Shown here one piece after another: positions 36,495 through 49,368 of a stretch of DNA of 64,000 bases. How positions within the stretch are numbered: position 1 is the first letter of the stretch; each line of letters opens with the position of its first letter. A program made the translations under genes and the position numbers. The stretch lies in NCBI RefSeq assembly GCF_006345805.1, contig NC_043003.1:57970001-58034000 (forward strand), in the 5' to 3' direction. Origin of the DNA: Octopus sinensis. Lineage: Eukaryota. The notes under the pieces are model-generated. The model was not told where the DNA came from, did not search any database, and worked only from the letters and a program-made list of their open reading frames with translations.

Positions 36495-36772
36495 AATAGA
36501 ACAGCCTGCTCATGAATTTAATGTGCAAGTGGCTGAGCACTCCACAGACACATATATTCTTAATGTAGTTCTCAGGGTTAGGGTTAGGGTCAGTGGGACA
36601 CAGAGCGTGACAGGGCTGGCCCTTTGAAATACAGGAACTACTCACTTTTGCCAGCTGAGTGGACTGGAGCAATGTGAAATAAAGTGTCTTGTTCAAGGAC
36701 TCATCACACCACCAGGAATTGAACTCACAACCTTTGATTTTGAGCCAAACACCGTAACCACTAAGCCATTCA
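36495..36772 (-). mobile_element. SINE-C-type head with a different tail, carrying a (TTAGGG) insert
   Basis: Head shared with 17855-18192. Tail ...gtggagtgctcagccacttgcac...gagcaggctgttc. agggttagggttagggt at 36574-36590. Confidence 0.75.
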
Positions 36773-37584
36773 CCTCCATTTAATGGAAATGCATATATAA
36801 ATATTCAGTGGACTCCTTTATGCCTTCATCTACCAACTCCAATCACAAAGCTTTGATCAGCCTGGGGCTATAGTGGAAGACACTTTCCAAAGGTACCGTG
36901 CAGTGGAATTGAACTTGAAAGTCTGTGGCTGGACACTGCATGTGAAATAAATACTTAGACAGGAAAGAAAAATTATAGCCAACTTTTTAATAAAATAAAA
37001 AAAAATGGGAAAAAAAAACGAAGGAATTGACTATAATTTTATTTTTCCTTTTTTTGTCATTGCATTCATGGATTCTTGCCCCCACTCCTACTTCTTTTCT
37101 CCAATGTAACTAAGTTTCTTGTAAAATCTGTGTAACAATTGGAATAAAGTTTCACCAACCAGTATGTTCACAGGAGCTGTTTGAAATTGATTTTTTTTTT
37201 TTTTTAAACCCCTTTCTATGTTGTCTAGACAGATTTACAAAGAACTTAAGACGTTTCCCTGTCTTCTTCAAAACATGTCACTCATTGCATTTACATGTTT
37301 GCCACAGCCACTACTGTCATTCCAAATGTTTCTTTCCTGCTAAACCCCACCACTACCACCACCACCATCACACAAAGCCTATTATAACCCAATCTTTTTT
37401 TTTACACAACACCTCTCCTTCTCTTTTTCCTCAATGCATTTCTTTGAAATTCCCATCCTGTCTTATGTTTTTTATGCTGTTTTCTTGTCTACCCCTGCGC
37501 CTGCTCCCTTTACTGATCTGTGAAAGTTTAAACTAAACAAGGCATTAACCTTATTCAACTATGCTAACTTCCTTCCTTATTTAG

Positions 37585-37599
37585 CTGGGCCGGGAAAGG
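37585..37599 (+). CDS. Candidate 15-nt microexon
   Basis: atgctaacttccttccttatttag|CTGGGCCGGGAAAGG|gtatga. CTAAC branch point, clean pyrimidine tract, GC-rich insert; all three phases open. Confidence 0.28.
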
Positions 37600-37854
37600 G
37601 TATGACTAGATTATTGCTGTTACCACCAAACCAATATATAGTGATAACTATCCCCACACCAAAAAATATTCACACGCATACTCCCACAAGCACACACGTA
37701 TGAATGCTCTGAAATAATGCACAAGCACTCAGCCCTGAATGCACTGCAATGTATAGCAGTAACGCCTGTAAGCTAATGAAGTTCATTGCACAGGTAGATT
37801 TTGTTTCCTCATAACTATCAGAAAAATTGATATTTTCTTATGAAAGTTGCTACA

Positions 37855-38000
37855 GGCACAGGCTTGGCTGTGTGGTAAGAAGTTTGCTTCCCAGCCACAT
37901 GGTTCCAGGTTCAGTCCCACTGTATGGCACCTTGGGCAAGTGATATCTACTATAGCCTCGGAGTTAATTTGGTTGATGGAAACTGAAAGAAGCCTGTCGT
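37855..38000 (+). mobile_element. SINE-A 5' half
   Basis: Head followed by a long (TG)/(ATGT) expansion. Confidence 0.85.
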
Positions 38001-38547
38001 GTATATGTGTATATGTGTGTGAATAAATACATGTGAGTGTGTGCCTGTGTGTAGCTAGATGAACGTGTATGTCTGTGTGTGCAAATGGCTCGGTGTATAC
38101 GTGAGTGAATCCATGCAGTGTGTGTGTGTGTGTGTGTCTGTTTGAAAGTATGCGTAAGTATGGGCATATATGTATGAGTGTGTGTCTTTATAGTTATGCG
38201 GATGTATTTCTGCATGCACCTGTTTGTAAGTGTATCTGTATATGTATGTTATGTATGCATGTGTATGTATGTATGTATGTATGTGTGTGTGTGTGCATGA
38301 ATATGTGAGCTTGTATGTATGTATGTATGTATGTGCATTTATGTACATATATGGATGAGTTTGTACATGATTATGCACATATATACACACACATATATAC
38401 ATGCATATACACATATATACACACACACATATACATGCATACATGCACACAGACATACAATACATACATACATGTACATCCATTCATATATATTTATATA
38501 CATACATACATACACACATACATCCATTCATATATATTTATATGCTT

Positions 38548-38607
<60 letters not shown>

Positions 38608-38724
38608 CTATGTATACATACCTGCATACAAATACAGAAACATCTAGAGAAAGAAGTTCATTCACACAGCCTCCAGGCAAGTGGAAACTGTACTGAGGAT
38701 TATATATTTCTGACAAAAACTGTG

Positions 38725-38786
<62 letters not shown>

Positions 38787-39181
38787 TGCAAGTTAATCCC
38801 TTCATGTAGGACAATCACTGGTGACATTTACTGACAAACAGCAGAAACATTGTCATGGTCGGGGCTAAAATACTTGCAGAGATTAAACAGAGAAATCTCT
38901 TTCTGTATCTGAAAGACTTGTTATATTGTAATGGTGTCGTCATTCCATGCCAGGTTGACATACTTTTAACCTTGGTGCTGAATGGAAACTTAGCCTACAG
39001 CTTGATTTCACCTCTCTGCTACAGCAAAATATATTAGGAATTTGCTACCAAATGTACATCATTATCATCATCATCAGCATCATCTTTTAATGTCCACTTT
39101 TCCATGCTTGCATAGGTTAAGCAGCATTTGTTGAGGTAGGTTTTTTTTTTTTCATATAGCCAGATGCTCTTCCTGTTTAAA

Positions 39182-39358
39182 ATAATAATAATAATAATAA
39201 TAATAATAATTGTGTACAGTGCTCAGGTGCACTACAACTCATCTAAACTGTATATATAATCAGGTGTAGTTTCGGCGGATTTCGGAAAGCATGAGGGCCT
39301 TAAAGGATGCAGTGTTATGGCAGTCAACAACTGACACAGGCAGTTTATTCCATGCTTC
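39182..39358 (-). mobile_element. 5'-truncated CR1/L2-like LINE, near-identical to 11985-12170
   Basis: (taa)n ttgtgtacagtgctcaggtgcactacaactc...ggcagtttattccatgctt. Confidence 0.9.
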
Positions 39359-39782
39359 CAAGTTAATACTTCTTCTCTTTACTCTTACTCTTTTAGTTGT
39401 TTCAGTCATGTGACAGTAGCCATGCTGGAGCACTGCCTTTAGTCGAGCAAATCGACCTCAGGACTTATTCTTTGTAAGCCTAGTATTTATTCTATCGGTC
39501 TCTTTTGCCAAACCACTAAAAAAGCACTGGTTGTGGGGCCACTTTAAAAGCACCCAGTACACTCTGTAAAGTTGTTGGTATTAAGTACGGAATCCATCTG
39601 TAGAAACCAAGATCAAAAATATTATAGAACCTGGTGCAGCTCTCCAGCTTGCCAACCCATGCCAGCATGGAAAATGACATTAAATAATAATGATGATGAT
39701 GATTAAAGGGCCAATACTAACTTTGAACACACAGTCCTAAATTCATGATGTGGTACCTCTGGTCAAGGTTATTAATACTGCT

Positions 39783-40442
39783 TAGTGGTTCTCAACTGGG
39801 GTCTATATGGAATAATAGGGAGTCTACAATAGTATTTTAAGGGCCACTGAAAAGATTTTGCTTTAGATGTAGAGTGACCCGCTGTTCTTGAGGAGACCTG
39901 TTGAGTCAATTTCGTCAACATCAAAAACTCGAATGGTAATTGTAGTTAAGACACCAGTGCTGGTGACACGTAAAAGCACCGTTCGAGCATAGCAGTTACT
40001 AGCATCGCCTGACTGGCGTCCGTGTCGGTGACACGTAAAAGCACCAACCGATCGTGGCCGTTTGCCAGCCTGTGGAGTGGTTGGTGTTAGGAAGGGCATC
40101 CAGCTGTAGAAACACTGCCAAATCAGACTAGAGCCTGGTGCAGCCCCTATGGCTTACCAGACCCCGGTTGAACCGTCCAACCCATGCTAGCATGGAAAAC
40201 GGACGTTAAATGATGATGATAATGATGTATGTATTGGTCTGTATTGCAAAAAACAGATAGGTTTCTTTCTCTGACATTTTACATAGTTTAACCTACACAA
40301 GTTAATGTGTGAAAGACAAAATGGGAATTTTGAAAGAAGTTTCTATAAAACTAGTTTTTAAACATCAAATGGCTATGGGGATCCACCAGAGCAGAATAGT
40401 AATCAAAAGGGTCCATAGATCAAAAGTGGTTGAGAACCCCTG
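39783..40442. mobile_element. hAT-type MITE with a family D element (about 39870-40225) nested inside
   Basis: tagtggttctcaac ... ggttgagaacccctg; internal sequence matches 22402-23081; interrupted at gatgta...gatgta. Confidence 0.85.
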
Positions 40443-41356
40443 GTCTAGACTGTCTGCCTGAGTGAATAAAACAAACTTCTAAATATAAAAAAAGCAGTTT
40501 CCAAGATGTTTTTGTTTAACCCTGGGTCAGCCTAGATCTTACAGACCTATGGTCAAAAGCATTCTTCTCATGACCATCCTGTGTTTTTGTATATCTTTAA
40601 TTACATTATCCAGCTGTATCCTTCCTTTTATGACAGCAAGATGTGATTTACTGGAAATTTTTGACTGCTATTTCAAGTAGATCAAGTGATCAGATAAAGG
40701 CCATCTTTCTGGCTCCACTTACTTCACAGTTGGTTGGTTTGACAGTAATAAGGGCAACCAACCATAGAAATAACCAACTGATACAACAAAATTAAACTAT
40801 TCCTAGCCATACAAACTGTGAAAAATGAAAATTCCATTCATTTTCATTTTGTTCGATTTTATTTTATTTTTTTTTTGTTATAAAGTGGATTTAAAAAAAC
40901 ATTTTCTTTCTTTCTTTTTTTTTAATTTAATAACAAAAACTGATAAAATTTAAATAATCACAAGAAAATTCTTCTCGACTTGATTTCGTTGGATAATGTG
41001 ACTCTACCGGGCAATCTTGTTAATAACATATATATTCAAAGTTGACGTTAAGAGATAAAAAGAGCGAAAGTAAACTAATAAACCAACAACGACTTTCTTA
41101 ACAACAACAACAACAACAACAACAACAATTATAACAATATCAATAACAACAACAGTAACAGCAATCATATCTCAAACCATAATCTAAATTTCACATGATT
41201 AAAATAACATTTATTTCAGATAGTTTTACATTATCCATTTGTTGTATGTTTAATTTTATTTACATAATTATTTTAATTTTGTGATTTGGAATTTTCATTT
41301 TGGGGGGTTTTTAAGTTTTTATTTTTGTGTGTGAGTGTGTGTTTTTTTGGGGTTTT

Positions 41357-41603
41357 TTAGGGTTTTTTTTTTTTTTGTTTGTGTATGTGTGTTTTTGTTT
41401 TGTTTTCATGTCTGGCAGTTATGTTGTCAAAAGAAGCATGGAAATTGGAAGAAAGTGCTAATTTTCTTCCTATCTTGTTTAGGTCTTTTGCATCTCTTGC
41501 ACATATCTCTTCGCTCAGTTCCTTTTCCTCGTCCTCTTCTTCGCTCAGACAGCTTAATCTATGTGAAAAATCTATGGAGGATAACCGCAGTCTATATAAC
41601 TAA
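41357..41603. other. Exon-like, CpG-retaining island with open frames on both strands
   Basis: Minus 41599-41360 is stop-free: LYRLRLSSIDFSHRLSCLSEEEDEEKELSEEICARDAKDLNKIGRKLALSSNFHASFDNITARHENK...P* (acceptor ttttcacatag at 41559). Plus: strong acceptor ctaattttcttcctatcttgtttag|41483 then SFASLAHISS...EDNRSLYN*. Confidence 0.35.
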
Positions 41604-42240
41604 CACGCAGCGATAACCAACCAACTAAGATACCAGTTGCTTTCCTCAGAGAATAAGAGAGAAATTAATCAATCATGAAAAGAATAATTTTGTGTAGTTG
41701 CTATTGTTGTTGTTGTTGTTGTTTTGAAATTAAAAGAACATATATAAAAAAATTTTTTTAAATGTTTATTTTAATTTATTTGTTTTACTTAAATTTATTA
41801 ATTTTCTTTATTTATTTGAAATTTTACATTAATCATTCTTGGCTGCAATAGTTATCTTTGTCTTCTTGCAATTATTTATGATTATCATGGTCACCATCAT
41901 CATCATCATCATCATCATGATTATTATCATTATTATTATTATCATTATTATTATTATCATTATTACTATTATTATTATTATTATGATAATTTTGTTTATT
42001 GCGACAAATACATATATGTATGAATAATTTTATTGTTTCATCAGCACTCAAGCCTATCCTTCCAATTTTTCTGGGGTCGAAAACAAAAGAAAAAGAATTA
42101 AAACACAATAAAATGAAATGATAAACCAAAAATAAAGTAAATAAAATAAAAATAAAGAGACAACTACAAGTATTTGTTAACATATTATAGTCTTATTAAA
42201 TTGACTACATCCTTCCCTTAACATTTTTGGTTTAAAGCAG

Positions 42241-42352
42241 TATTCCTGAGGAAGGGGAACGGTGCATGCTTTGCAAAAAAGGTTGCAGACAAAATGCCAA
42301 GCTTAATAAAATAACGACAGTTTCCAATTTTTTAAACTTGTCAGGCATCATG
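42241..42352 (+). CDS. Candidate internal exon, 112 nt (IPEEGERCMLCKKGCRQNAKLNKITTVSNFLNLSGIM)
   Basis: ccttaacatttttggtttaaagcag| ... ATG|gtaaaa; 37 open codons with a CxxC motif. Confidence 0.2.
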
Positions 42353-43219
42353 GTAAAAGAATGAAGAATTATTTAGATGTAAAATCTATTTTGTTTTCTC
42401 ATAAATAAAGAAAAGGGAGCATGCCAAATTATTTCACTAATATATTGTCTTTTTTTTTTTTTTCTTTTTTGGAGTGGAGTAGAGTAGAGGTTCTTTGAGA
42501 ACCTATGGTTTATGCCATCCTAAAAATCTGCTTAATCTGGTTCTCCATTCCCTATTGGAGATATTTTCTTGTTGAAATTTAGTAATTGTGTATGTCATCT
42601 ACTGTAAGATGTTTTTTTCTGTATCTCTATCAAGATACTACTTGTCACTTGACACAAAACCGCTTCCTTCCGTATTACTTGGTTCACCTTCATTTGAGGT
42701 AGGGGTCTTATTTTGTGAGTTACTAGGTAATCCCACTGGTACCAGTGCCATGTAAAGAGCACCCAATCCACTCTGTAAAGTGGTTGGCATTAGGAAGGGC
42801 ATCCAGTTGTAGAAACCTCACCAAAGTAGACAGTAGGATTTGGTGCTGTCTTTGGCCCAACAGTTCCTATTGAACCAATCCAATCTATGCCTGCATAGAA
42901 AATGGACATTAAATGATGGTGATGGTGGCAGTGGTGGTGGTGGTGGTGGTGATGGCGGTGGTGGTGGTAGCTGTTGTTTTATTTTTTATTTTGTTGTTTT
43001 TGTGCCCTTGAGTTGTTCCTGATGTCTTTGGACTCCACTGAAAGAAATAATTTAAATTGTTAGAATTGTTGATTTTTGGAAAAAAAATTTTTTTCCTATT
43101 TTCATCATACCAGACTAGAGAGTCAGTTCCTCCATTTCTTACGGAAAGACTCTTTCATTCTGCTGATCTGACAATCCATCTGCTGCCAACACCCTCCAAA
43201 TACATAAATGGTTGTGTGT

Positions 43220-43251
<32 letters not shown>

Positions 43252-43486
43252 ATACAGATGCACATACACAAATGTGTGTGTGTATGTGTAAATATATGTA
43301 TGTATATGTATGCATTTTTTCATAGTCTTAAACAGACTTCAATTGAATTTCTGATGTAATTAACTTGTCAAGAGGACAATATTCTGCTACTTGAAAAAAA
43401 TATTAATACTGCTATAAAGTCAGTTTGAAGTGTATTGAAGTATGGTCTTTGTGTGCACACATGTTATCACCATCATCATCATCATC

Positions 43487-43690
43487 ATCATCATTTAACG
43501 TCCATTTTCCAAACTGGCATGGGTTGGATGGTTTGTAAAGAGCTAGCAAGCCAGAGAGCTGCACCAAGTTCCAATTTGTCTGTTTTGGCATGGTTTCTTT
43601 GGCTGGATGCCCTTCCTAATGCCAACCACTTTACAGAGTGTACTGGGTGCTTTTTATGTCACATAGACACCAGCAGCGTCACCAAGTAAG
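43487..43690 (-). mobile_element. Family D
   Basis: (cat)n ttaacgtccattttcc...ggatgcccttcctaatgccaaccac. Confidence 0.85.
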
Positions 43691-43974
43691 TTTGCAAGAC
43701 AAAGACCATTTAATTGAGAGAGGGAGTGGAACGAGTGAAGTGACTATGTGCCAGGTGAGAGGTTAGAGCACAATGGAGGGACAGAATTAGTTGTCTTACT
43801 ATAGAGGAGATGCACGTTGATTTGAGGGATATTTGGGTGCTGTTTTTAATAGGCAAAATAGAGATCATGTATAGGATCTCTCATTGGCTCATACACAACC
43901 TTTTTGATTGGTTTGTAACAGGTGAGATTGGTAGTTAATAATGTTCAGCTTGAAATCCTGTAAATGGTCTTTAC

Positions 43975-44154
43975 CTGTGGGTAAGATAAAGGTAGGGGTT
44001 ACGGTTGCAGAGGGGGTGGATGGATGGGAGGGGAGTGAGACATAGGATGGATGGTGAGGGTGGATAAGGAATGAAATAAAGAGAGGGAGATGAAGAGAGA
44101 CTAGTGTGAAACGGAAGGAAATGATCCAGAGATGTGAGAAGGAAAATGTCTTAC
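43975..44154 (-). other. Segment between two YAG|GTAA sites: 180-nt recursive-splice-type exon candidate
   Basis: tgttctctttctctctcttcccag|GTAAGAC at 44155/44154 and cctttatcttacccacag|GTAAAG at 43975/43974; open in phase 1. Confidence 0.2.
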
Positions 44155-44879
44155 CTGGGAAGAGAGAGAAAGAGAACAGGGTAGTGAGACAGAGAGAGTG
44201 AGATGGAGAAAACACACACTCACAGATACAGAGTGAAGGGGAAAGGGAAAGAGAGAGAGAGAGACAAACAGACAGACAGACAAAGGAGTGAAAATGGTTC
44301 TGCTAAAATAAATATTTAGATTTAACAAAAATTTTTCTGTGAGAAATTTTTGTATGAAATAGGCTTTTCTTTTTTCTTGCATTTTTAAATTTAATTTTTT
44401 AAGAACAAAATTTGGATTTTGAATCAGAAAAAAAAAATTTCCACCAACAACAATAATGATGATGATGATGATGATGATTTGAAAAAAAGAACAACAGTAG
44501 CAAAAATCAACAATAACTACTGCGAATGCCCCACCATCATCATTAACAACAACAACAACAGCAACAACAATAATGACGCCATTGCCATCCACCATCCACC
44601 TTATCCAGCCATAAATTAACTTTCTGTAATTGCCGATTAGCAGTTTCGAGACTGTAAGAGTAAGATTTAGTGCCAGAATTTAGTGAGCGGCAAACCTTTA
44701 CTGTTTAAAGTACTGTGATTAACTTTTCATCTGATCTGCCTTGTTAATTGGTAAATTAAAGTACTATATTTAATTGACTTTTAATACTTTAATTTGCACA
44801 TGTACACTCACACGTACACACACATGCGGCATACACAATATATGCATACACAGACAATTAAATGATGTGTGTGTATGTA

Positions 44880-44926
<47 letters not shown>

Positions 44927-46285
44927 AAGCAAACATACTATATATGAATATATACCTGTATATGGCAACAAATATACAATATATGAAATATATGCATGTG
45001 CGTGTGTATATATATATATATATATATATAAATATAAATACACATGTATGTTTGTATATATGCAAATAAATTCAGACTTTGTGTGAGCACCTGTAGTAGT
45101 TATAATGCACATTTACAAACAATATGCACTTAGATATGTGCATACTTTTGCTCACACATACACACATATATACATTCAGAGTTATATCAGAAATTCATGT
45201 CCATACATACATACTTACATATTCACATGCTTGTACACATAAGCTTGTACACACACACACACACATACACACACACATCCACACGTATGTGTGTGCATAT
45301 ATATGCATTGACACATACTGAAAAGCAAACAGAAATCTCATACTTACACACACATACAAACACACATACACACGCATAGTCATATCAATTTAGTTTGAAT
45401 TCCAACTTGTTTTGTTGGGTTTTAGTCAAAATTTTATTCCAACTTTGAAATTTTAATGGAAGCTATCAAATTTAATTAATGGCTTGAAATAACAACCTGA
45501 TTCCTGGATTAGGGGTTGTTGCTATATTTTGAGGAATTTTTGTATATATTTTTAATATTTTTATAGAAATATTTCATTTCAGTTTGTTTTTGTTTTTCTT
45601 TAATTTTTCGATTATTTATTTATTATTTTTAGATTATTTCAGGATTTTTTTAATAAATTATGTATCTGATTACCTAAATGAAGAAAAAAAATAAGGCAGT
45701 ACAATAATAAAACAGCAGATTTTGCTATGAATTGTTATTCTTGTTGGAGTTGTCGTCGTTGTTGACTCCTATGTTAGCTCTGATCCAGCAGACATATAAT
45801 CAAGACTTTCCAAATGTGACCACCCTGTCTTTTTTTTTTTTTTTGCTAAATGTGATGCATCAAGAAATACATTATCCAATGCTCTGTGTTTTGGGAGGTT
45901 TTTTTCATTGGATTTTTTTCCAAGACAATGGGCCTATTATTATTATCATCGGTGCCATGTGGATAATTAAATATTGGTCATTCAGATATCAATAATTACT
46001 TTAATTATTGCCCTCATTTGAGGCCATTTTATAATCACTTAACATGCTAAAAATACCAGTTAAATCTTCTTCACATCACACACTACTGTCTTTAAAAAAA
46101 GAGGAACACATTGATTAATGTAGTCCTAGGTACATTCTGTCTGGTAAAAAAGATGGTATGGTTACGGGATCATAGGTCTGCTCAATTGTGGATGGACCTT
46201 GGGCGAAACAATGTCACCACCAACACAAATGAACAAGGGAACCTCTTCACAGTCTCTTGATCTGTAAGAAATAGCAGTCAAATCT

Positions 46286-46570
46286 TCATCATCCTTGTTC
46301 GTTTAACGTCCGCTTTCCATGCTAGCATGGGTTGGACGATTTGACTGAGGATTGGCGAACCAGAAGGCTGCACCAGGCTCCAATCTTGATCTGGCAGAGT
46401 TTCTACAGTTGGATGCCCTTCCTAACGCCAACCACTCTGAGAGTGTAGTGGGTGCTTTTACGTGCCACCGGCACGAGGGCCAGTCGTGCGGCACTGGCAA
46501 CGACCATGCACAAATGGTGCTTTTTATGTGCCACCAGCACAGGAGCCAGTCCAGTACTGGCAACAACCTT
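46286..46570 (-). mobile_element. Family D, well preserved
   Basis: tttaacgtccgctttccatgctagcatgggttgg...ggatgcccttcctaacgccaaccactc...ggtgcttttacgtg. Confidence 0.88.
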
Positions 46571-46966
46571 GTTCAAATGTGTTTATCTCCCGTCTGGTTT
46601 TACACTCAGTATACATTATGTCGTACGTTTATTTACCATACATTTTTCATTTATTATATATATATATATATATATATATATTAAGACGGCAAGCTGGTAG
46701 AAACGTTAGCACACCGGGTGGGGTGGACGGATGGACAGATGGATACAAGAATAGGTAGATAGACAGAGAGACAGATAGATACAAAGGTAGGTAGAGATAG
46801 ATAAACAGACAGATACATACAAAGGTAGGTAGGTAGATAGATAGGTTGATAGACAAACAGACAGATAGATAGATACAAGGGGAGATAGATAGATATAGAC
46901 AGACAGATAGATAGACAGACAGACAGACAGATAGATAGATACAAGGGGAGATAGATAGATATAGAC

Positions 46967-46997
<31 letters not shown>

Positions 46998-48163
46998 GAG
47001 ATAGACAGAGTTCGCTATAATATTCAGCATGTAACAAACCAAGACTTAAACATCCCACCCCTCTCTCTCGCCTACCACACAACACTATATAAATTCTTCT
47101 CTCTTTTCTCCCCCTATTTTCTTCTTCTCTAACTCTTCCTCTCTCTTCAAGTACCACTTGCTGTCATCTATTCCCTGGTTCCTTTCTATTTCACCATGCT
47201 TGTCCAATTTTCCGCCCCACTGCATATCACACTTGACTTATATCCTTTATTTCTACCTATCCATTCACTTCTGTCCACCTCTTCAACACCAACACCACCA
47301 TCAACATCAATAACCTATCCACTCCTCCCCCCCTCCTCCTCCTCCTCCTCCTCCCTCCTTTCTCTTATCCATCTTCCTTTTTTTTATTTCATCCATCTCT
47401 TCTTTATGCTATTACACCTTTTCTCACCCCTCACTCTTTCTGTATCTCTGTATCTCTCCTTTTACTCTTCTCTCGTTTTCTCTCCCTTACTTTCTATTAC
47501 TCTCTCTCTCACTTTCTCTCTCTCTCTCTCTGTCTCTCTCTCCTTCTCTCTCTGAATATTACTATCTGTGTTCATGCCTGTCTTTCTTTCTATTGCTTTG
47601 TGTTTATGTGTGTGCCTCTCTTTCTCTTACTGATTCTCTCTCTCTCTCACTCTCTTTCTCTCTTGCTGTGCATATATCTCTCTCTTTCTCCTTTGCTTTG
47701 CATGTCTCTCTTTCTATTGCTGTATATGTTACTCCTCTTTCTCCGTGTACACCCCCTCTCTCTTTCCTTCTCTCCACTCTGATATTTGAGAATTAAATTA
47801 AAATTTCAAATAGCAATTTTACCAAACTTAAAATCCTTTCATTTAAGTGAAAACATTTAATAACGCCACCACTGCTACTGTTACTGTCTTTGTTTAACCC
47901 CACGTCAGCTGTAATTAAGCAGACCTATGATCACAGATAGTACCACCCATGACCATCCCAACTTTTTTCCAGATAGTGTATACAGGTCTACATTATACAC
48001 TATTTTTGGCTCAGTGTGATTTTATGGTAATTTACTTATTTCTAACATTGACACTGCAGTATAAGCTGTGATGATGATGACGACGATGATGATGATTATT
48101 ATGGTGGTGATGTAACTAAAACTTTACTACCCAGTGGAGCCTCCTAGCAGACATATAATTAAA

Positions 48164-48623
48164 AATACAAGGGAGATAATCATTTTTTTCATATGATTTG
48201 GTGGGATTGGAAGTTTAAATTTGAAATTAGCCATTTGGCACTTAAACTGGCCAGATCAGGCCAAAGATTCTACCAGTTTTATTTTCAAACTGGCCAGATC
48301 CAGCCTCTTGCACCTATCCAACAAGAGACTGATAATACAGGGGAGATAATCATTTTTTCATAGTATTTGGTGGGATTGGAAGTTTAAATTCGAAATTAAC
48401 CATTTAACACTTAAACTGGTCAGACCAGGCCAAAGATTCTGTTTGCATTATGTTCAAACTGGCCAGATCCAGCTTTTTGCACATGCCCCACAATTTTATT
48501 CTAAAAATAATTTATCAACATCATCAAAATTTCAAAGCTACATGATAATGCTTAATTAATTTATAAAATGTGAATAAATAAGTATTACCATTTTACAGAA
48601 TAATCTGAATGTTACAGGGTTAA
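48164..48623. mobile_element. piggyBac-type MITE (TTAA 48396-99 to TTAA 48620-23) preceded by a 170-bp tandem duplication spanning its left end
   Basis: Internal sequence matches 11440-11660; aataca.gggagataatcattttt... at 48164 and 48334. Confidence 0.75.
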
Positions 48624-49036
48624 GAAATAAAGAATTCCTTTTTCAAGGTAACGGTATTTGTCTTGAAGGAAGATCTCTCTCTCCTTCACACACACACACA
48701 CACACACACAACTATAACTGGTACAGCTTCCACAATCCAGTGCAATGAAGAAGTGCTTATGAATAAACAAGACCTATAACAAATAGTCAATCAATCTTTC
48801 TCTCAAATCAATCACCCTACTGCATCTTCAAGAACTGAAAGATGGCTGCTACTTCGAACAATGAAGTATCAGACACACAAAAGGAACAGAATAATTACTC
48901 TCACCCATTGTTTTCCAATAACAACATTGCACACTTTTGAACTCAATATTTCTATCAACTTTGGACATGCTCATAAAATATTAAAAAATGAAAAAGATAA
49001 AAGAAAACAGCGCAGTACCCCCACCCCCCACCCCCG

Positions 49037-49135
49037 ACTTTCGGAAACATACTTTCATTCTCAGAATTGAAGCTTGGAATAAACAATCCAAGCTGATTGT
49101 TAGCTGCCTCCTTCAAACATTCCATGCTTCCTGAA
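49037..49135 (+). mobile_element. Diverged CR1/L2-like 3' fragment
   Basis: actttcggaaacat...ttcattctcaga..tgaagcttggaataaac aligns to the reverse complement of 12100-12200. Confidence 0.65.
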
Positions 49136-49368
49136 TTTTACCAGCAGTATTCCAGATATGACTCTGCACCTACTCCCCTTTATCTCCTTTTTATTGTTCA
49201 CTCTCCTGTCTTTTTATTCTCTGCACTGTCTGTGCGCCTTAACTTCCATTGCTGTCCTGTCTTTACTTGACTTGTTGCTGATTTCTATCTCCTTTTTTTT
49301 TTTACCCTTTTTCCAAGAGTGGTAGTGTACCTAAGCACGCTATACAAGAAGCACATAATATTATTATT

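Noticed and set aside
45740-45990. Protein-like minus-strand pieces (KHRALDNVFLDASHL...WSHLESLDYMSAGSELT)
   Set aside because: Requires frameshifts at homopolymers and has no convincing acceptor
48842-48940. ATG in good context giving MAATSNNEVSDTQKEQNNYSHPLF...
   Set aside because: Stops after 32 codons; the only donor candidate (GTATCA) is weak and no promoter features are evident
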